Origin: Candidatus Nanohaloarchaea archaeon
Lineage (GTDB): Archaea > Nanohalarchaeota > Nanosalinia > Nanosalinales > Nanosalinaceae
Assembly (NCBI GenBank): GCA_041639695.1
Contig: JBEQBQ010000023.1
Coordinates: 1-10,497 of the forward strand
Direction: 5' to 3'
DNA length: 10,497 nucleotides
The notes beneath the pieces were generated by a model. The model was not told the origin of the DNA. It searched no databases and saw nothing but the letters and a program-made list of their open reading frames with translations. The position numbers were made by a program, and so were the translations under genes. Numbering within the stretch: position 1 is the stretch's first letter; every line of letters begins with the position of its first letter. Below are positions 6,830 to 10,497 of the stretch, in pieces.

Positions 6830-8437
6830 CTACTCTACTTGCCTCAAGATCTTCGCTGAATCCTCTGCACCGATCGAGATTATGAGCCGCGACAGTCTTG
6901 GACCGCTTTCTCTTGAAAGGATAACCTTGTACATCGCGTTGAAGAACTCACCGGTTCCCAGTTCTGTGTCTTCTTTTACATCAAAGATCTTACCATCAAG
7001 GTCATCCTGATCCTTCCAATCCTCGGTTTCCAGCATCTCAGCAAGCTTAATCGCTGCGTCTTTTTCCTCCTCGGAAAGTTCCTCTCTAACGTCTTCCGGA
7101 ATCTCTTCATTTATTTCGTAGACATAGTCCTCTGGTGCATAGTCTCTGGCCCAGTTCTTAGCTCTCTCAAGTCTATCCAGAGTTCTTTGCTTGTCTTCGT
7201 CGGACAGTTCATCCGGTAGATGTCCGGTCCTTCTAAGAGACTCGAAGCCTTTGGTCTTCCATTTCTCCTCGGGAACTGTCTGTGCGATGAAAGATGCCTG
7301 TTTGAAAGGAATCCTGACAGGCTCCTCTTCAGGAATCTCAACCATAGCTAGTTCGTACACCCTCTTTCTGTGTTTTCTTTCCCTGTCGTTCTCCAGCTCC
7401 TCCGGGTTAAAGTACTGGTGTTCGATCTTGTCGAACTTCTCGTATCTCTGGAAGATTTCCTCATCAACGAAAGGTATCTCGAAGGATTTGTTGGGCTTGG
7501 TTCCCGAGAAGAGGAAACGGATCATTTGAGGGCTGTAAACCTTCTTCAGTTCAGAGATTGTGAAGACATCTTCTCCTGAGCTTGAGGAGATCTTTCCGCC
7601 GTCCTTCGTAACAAATTCGTACATCTGGTGGACGGGCGGCTCTTTATCGAAAATCTTCTCCGCCAGTTCGTTTCCGGTATCTCTAGAACCTCCTGCCGCG
7701 GAGTGTTCCTTTCCTGCGGGCTCGAAATCAACCCCTTCATATTCCCATCGCATCGGCCAGTCAATCCTCCAAGGAGGCTTGACACTGCCTTCTTTCTTGA
7801 AGTTCAGCTCTTCCTCTCTATCACACTCATTACAGTAGTAATTTACGGTGTATTCGCCATCGTACTCCCGTACTTCAGTGAAGTCCTTGCCGCACTCAGT
7901 GCAGTAAACACTTAGAGGATAGTAAGGTTCTTCCTTAGGCTCTTTCCTGTACTTGTCCAGTATTTCTTTGATTTCCTTTCTGTTGTTCATCGCCTTCTTG
8001 ATTAAATCAGCATAATCGCCGTTCTCGAACTTAGGTGTCTGTCGGATGAACTCGATATCCATGTACATGTCCTCGAGCTCTTCCTCAAGCTGCGATTCAA
8101 AGTGTTCTGCGTACGAGTCGTGACATCCTTCCGGATCCGGAACCTTCGAAACAGGCTTTCCAATATGTTTTTCGAACTGGTCAGGAACGTTCGCGGGAAC
8201 CTTCCTGAAACGGTCGTAATCGTCCCAAGAGTAAATGAACTTGACTTTCTCATTTCTGTTTTTGAGTGATTTAACAACAAAATCTGTTGTTATTATTTCT
8301 CTGAAGTTTCCTGCGTGTACAATTCCTGAGGGAGAGATCCCTGAGGCACATACGTATGTTTCTTGGTCAGGATATTTCTGCGTTACTCCGAACGCTAACT
8401 GGTCCGACCAGAAGAGAGGTCTTTGATCTTGAGTCAT
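6830..8437 (-). CDS. lysS: Lysine--tRNA ligase, class I
   Basis: 535 aa. FWSD N-terminus, SGISPSGIVHAGNFRE (HIGH-like), WDDYDRFRKVP, CxxC pairs (CTEC, CNEC), WRIDWPMRW, EPAGKEH, KISSS (KMSKS-like) and C-terminal SGPRL. Confidence 0.97.
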   Translation of the reverse strand: MTQDQRPLFWSDQLAFGVTQKYPDQETYVCASGISPSGIVHAGNFREIITTDFVVKSLKNRNEKVKFIYSWDDYDRFRKVPANVPDQFEKHIGKPVSKVPDPEGCHDSYAEHFESQLEEELEDMYMDIEFIRQTPKFENGDYADLIKKAMNNRKEIKEILDKYRKEPKEEPYYPLSVYCTECGKDFTEVREYDGEYTVNYYCNECDREEELNFKKEGSVKPPWRIDWPMRWEYEGVDFEPAGKEHSAAGGSRDTGNELAEKIFDKEPPVHQMYEFVTKDGGKISSSSGEDVFTISELKKVYSPQMIRFLFSGTKPNKSFEIPFVDEEIFQRYEKFDKIEHQYFNPEELENDRERKHRKRVYELAMVEIPEEEPVRIPFKQASFIAQTVPEEKWKTKGFESLRRTGHLPDELSDEDKQRTLDRLERAKNWARDYAPEDYVYEINEEIPEDVREELSEEEKDAAIKLAEMLETEDWKDQDDLDGKIFDVKEDTELGTGEFFNAMYKVILSRESGPRLSRLIISIGAEDSAKILRQVE

Positions 8438-8457
8438 AAAACCGGATTAGAACTCAA

Positions 8458-8465
8458 CTTTAATA
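8458..8465 (-). promoter_or_regulatory. Putative TATA box (TATTAAAG) for lysS
   Basis: Located 21-28 nt upstream of ATG 8437 in a 33-nt spacer. Confidence 0.5.
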
Positions 8466-8470
8466 GGGTT

Positions 8471-9328
8471 TTACAGGCCTGAAGCTCTAGACCTGAGCTT
8501 CTCAACCCTATCGTACGGAATAGTTACATCTGCGATGTTGAATTTTTCAGAGTTTGAGCCGTGGCAGTCGGTCCCTCCCGTCTTCAACAAGTCTAACCTA
8601 TCTGCGATCTGTCTGGCATAATCCTCAGCGAAATGTATTGTGAAGGAGTCCCGCTCAATTTTTTGCTGGTACGTGTATTCAACTTCTATAGCATCCAAAC
8701 CCGCTTGTTTCAACTTTTTCACTTTCTCAAACGCTTCATCCTTCTCCAGGGACCTTCCAGGGTGTGCGAGAGCTGTGACACCTCCCGCTTCATGAACTAG
8801 GCTAATAACTTTCTCTGCAGGTATTTTTGGTGTTTCAACGTATGCTTCATGTTCAGATCCAATCAGTTTTTCAAACGCTTCTTCAGAGGTTTTGACCACT
8901 CCCTTCTCCTCCAGAGTCTCTGCGAGATGCGGTCTGCCAACTGTTCCATCCGCCTGATCTATTACATCTTTATATCGGATATCTTCTTCTATCTCCGAGT
9001 CAAGTTTTCTCACCATCTGCTTCATCCGAGTTTGCCTGTTTTCCTTAAGCTGCTTGAAGATTTTGTTAGTCGGGTCTGCTTCCGGATCTATGAAGTACGC
9101 AAGTATCTCGATTTTCTCTCCTTCGATTTCACATTTTATCTCAGAACCCGTTATGATCTCCACACCCTTCCTTTCCTCGACCCTTCCATCCAACTCATCC
9201 GGTATGGCGTCATGATCCGTCACAGCAATACATCTAATACCGTTTTCTTTGGCCTGTTCAACTCTTTCATCTACTGAGTCAGTTCCATCAGAAGCAGTTG
9301 TATGCATATGAAGATCTGCAGACTCCAT
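8471..9328 (-). CDS. PHP-domain metal-dependent phosphoesterase (TrpH/YciV-like)
   Basis: 285 aa. PHP motifs DLHMHTTASDG, AVTDHD, GSEI, GRPHLA, LAHP and GGTDCHG, plus the helical insertion typical of the YciV/TrpH subfamily. Confidence 0.93.
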   Translation of the reverse strand: MESADLHMHTTASDGTDSVDERVEQAKENGIRCIAVTDHDAIPDELDGRVEERKGVEIITGSEIKCEIEGEKIEILAYFIDPEADPTNKIFKQLKENRQTRMKQMVRKLDSEIEEDIRYKDVIDQADGTVGRPHLAETLEEKGVVKTSEEAFEKLIGSEHEAYVETPKIPAEKVISLVHEAGGVTALAHPGRSLEKDEAFEKVKKLKQAGLDAIEVEYTYQQKIERDSFTIHFAEDYARQIADRLDLLKTGGTDCHGSNSEKFNIADVTIPYDRVEKLRSRASGL

Positions 9329-9350
9329 AAACTAAGCAAGTCGGTCCAAT

Positions 9351-9356
9351 TTTAAA
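9351..9356. promoter_or_regulatory. Palindromic TTTAAA box, candidate bidirectional promoter (PHP gene / site-2 protease gene)
   Basis: Only TATA-like motif in the 53-nt divergent spacer; 23-28 nt from ATG 9328 (-) and 26-31 nt from ATG 9382 (+). Confidence 0.55.
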
Positions 9357-9381
9357 CATCACCTGCCCGAACTAAGAATAT

Positions 9382-10497
9382 ATGATAGACGTCAATCCAA
9401 GGCTAGTATTCTTCATACTGTTTACCGCCGGTCTCGCAGCTTTCCTGTGGTTTGACCGGGAAAAAGTCCAGAGACACTTCATAATTTTCTATAGGAGAAC
9501 CCAGCGCGGTATATCCTTTATCGATAGAACCGCAAAAAGATTCCCAAGATTCTGGAACGCTTACGGCTGGGCAGGAGTTTTAACCGGAGTAATCTCGATT
9601 CTTGGATCCACGATTCTTGTAGGCTACACGTTCTTCGACATTTTCAAGACGCAGAGCCTTCAGAACGGTCCATCATTAATATTACCGGGTATCGTGGCGG
9701 AGAACCAGTTCAACCCCGGAGTATCATTCATCCCTGTAGAGTACTGGATCGCCAGCATCGCAGTACTTATGCTGGTACACGAATTCTCCCACGGAATTGT
9801 TGCCAGAGCTGAAGACTTCGAGCTTAACTCGGTTGGCTGGGGCGTAATGGGAATCTTCCCGATCGCTTTCGTCGAACCAAAAGGCGAAGGAATGCTTCCT
9901 GGTGCGGATGTAGACGAGGAGGTTGAAGGCCACTGGCACCAAGGTAACTGGAAGCAGAGGATCAAAGTTCTTTGTGCTGGAAGCTTCGCGAACTACTTGA
10001 CAGCAGCATTATTCCTAGGGGGAAGTCTTGCTTTCACAGCATTCCTTACAGCACCTTCAGGCGTATTTTATGATGCCCAGCAAGGTTACCCGGCGATGGA
10101 AGCAGGCATGGAAAACGGAACCATTAACCAGATCAACGGACAGGACATAGAAACTGTCGAGGACCTGCAGAACGTTGCATCAGATATTGAGGTCAAAGAC
10201 TCTGTAAGTGTTTGGAGCTCAGAGGGTAACTTCACCTTCCAAGCCGCCCAGAAAGAAGGAGAGCAAGGAGGCTACATGGGCGTGCAGATAGGGCAGACAC
10301 AGGTACTTAAATCAGCTTATTCCGGTTACGCGGAGATACTGAACTGGTTCAACAACCTGTTATTTACGGTTGGATTCCTGAACTTCCTGATCGGACTGTT
10401 CAACATGCTTCCTCTAAAGCCTCTTGACGGAGGTTGGACTGTCGATGCAGTGCTTGAAAGGTTTGCGGGCGAAGGTTCGAGAAGTGCTTTGGACGCG
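9382..10497 (+). CDS. Site-2 protease (peptidase M50) with PDZ-like insert; 3'-truncated by the window end
   Basis: Own translation from ATG 9382 (MIDVNPRLVFF...) is open to the window end (372 codons). HEFSH at 9778-9792, AFVEP, AGSFAN, PDZ-like YPAMEAGM...INQING, and FNMLPLKPLDGG (NxxPxxxLDG from 10402). Absent from the ORF track, presumably because no stop codon falls in the window. Confidence 0.95.
   Translation, partial: MIDVNPRLVFFILFTAGLAAFLWFDREKVQRHFIIFYRRTQRGISFIDRTAKRFPRFWNAYGWAGVLTGVISILGSTILVGYTFFDIFKTQSLQNGPSLILPGIVAENQFNPGVSFIPVEYWIASIAVLMLVHEFSHGIVARAEDFELNSVGWGVMGIFPIAFVEPKGEGMLPGADVDEEVEGHWHQGNWKQRIKVLCAGSFANYLTAALFLGGSLAFTAFLTAPSGVFYDAQQGYPAMEAGMENGTINQINGQDIETVEDLQNVASDIEVKDSVSVWSSEGNFTFQAAQKEGEQGGYMGVQIGQTQVLKSAYSGYAEILNWFNNLLFTVGFLNFLIGLFNMLPLKPLDGGWTVDAVLERFAGEGSRSALDA

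Noticed and set aside
6830-8437. HAGN and KISSS deviations in LysRS as a sign of altered function
   Set aside because: Conservative variants of the class I HIGH/KMSKS-like motifs; the other hallmarks are intact.
173-9965. Remaining nested or antisense ORFs (e.g. 173..499, 1229..1762, 3063..3413, 4131..4319, 4626..5018, 7111..8426, 8849..9277, 9660..9965)
   Set aside because: All lie within well-supported genes, have shadow-frame composition (often Ser/Phe-rich) and show no motifs.
1-10497. Mobile elements, CRISPR arrays, rRNA or tRNA genes
   Set aside because: No transposase, integrase or RT motifs, terminal repeats, repeat arrays or conserved stable-RNA signatures were seen.

Overview
Compact, gene-dense archaeal window. 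Class I LysRS, TATA-like boxes about 21-32 nt before start codons, and Glu-rich acidic soluble proteins at moderate GC suggest a halophilic DPANN archaeon such as Nanohaloarchaeota (inference). Nine supported CDSs, in order: YgjP/M48-like HEXXH protein (+), uncharacterised 389-aa HEXXH zincin-like protein (+), rhomboid protease (-), P2A/SERCA-like P-type ATPase (-), formate/nitrite-type channel (+), colicin D immunity-like protein (+), class I lysyl-tRNA synthetase (-), PHP phosphoesterase (-), and a 3'-truncated site-2 protease (+) that the ORF track omits. The strongest unexplained signal is an approximately 88-nt GC-rich three-hairpin element (831-918) between the two HEXXH genes, with a possible promoter and a pyrimidine-rich tail, which looks like an unannotated ncRNA. 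Also notable are an orphan tRNase-immunity-like gene with a small acidic ORF or remnant beside it, and a bidirectional promoter built on a single TATA box.
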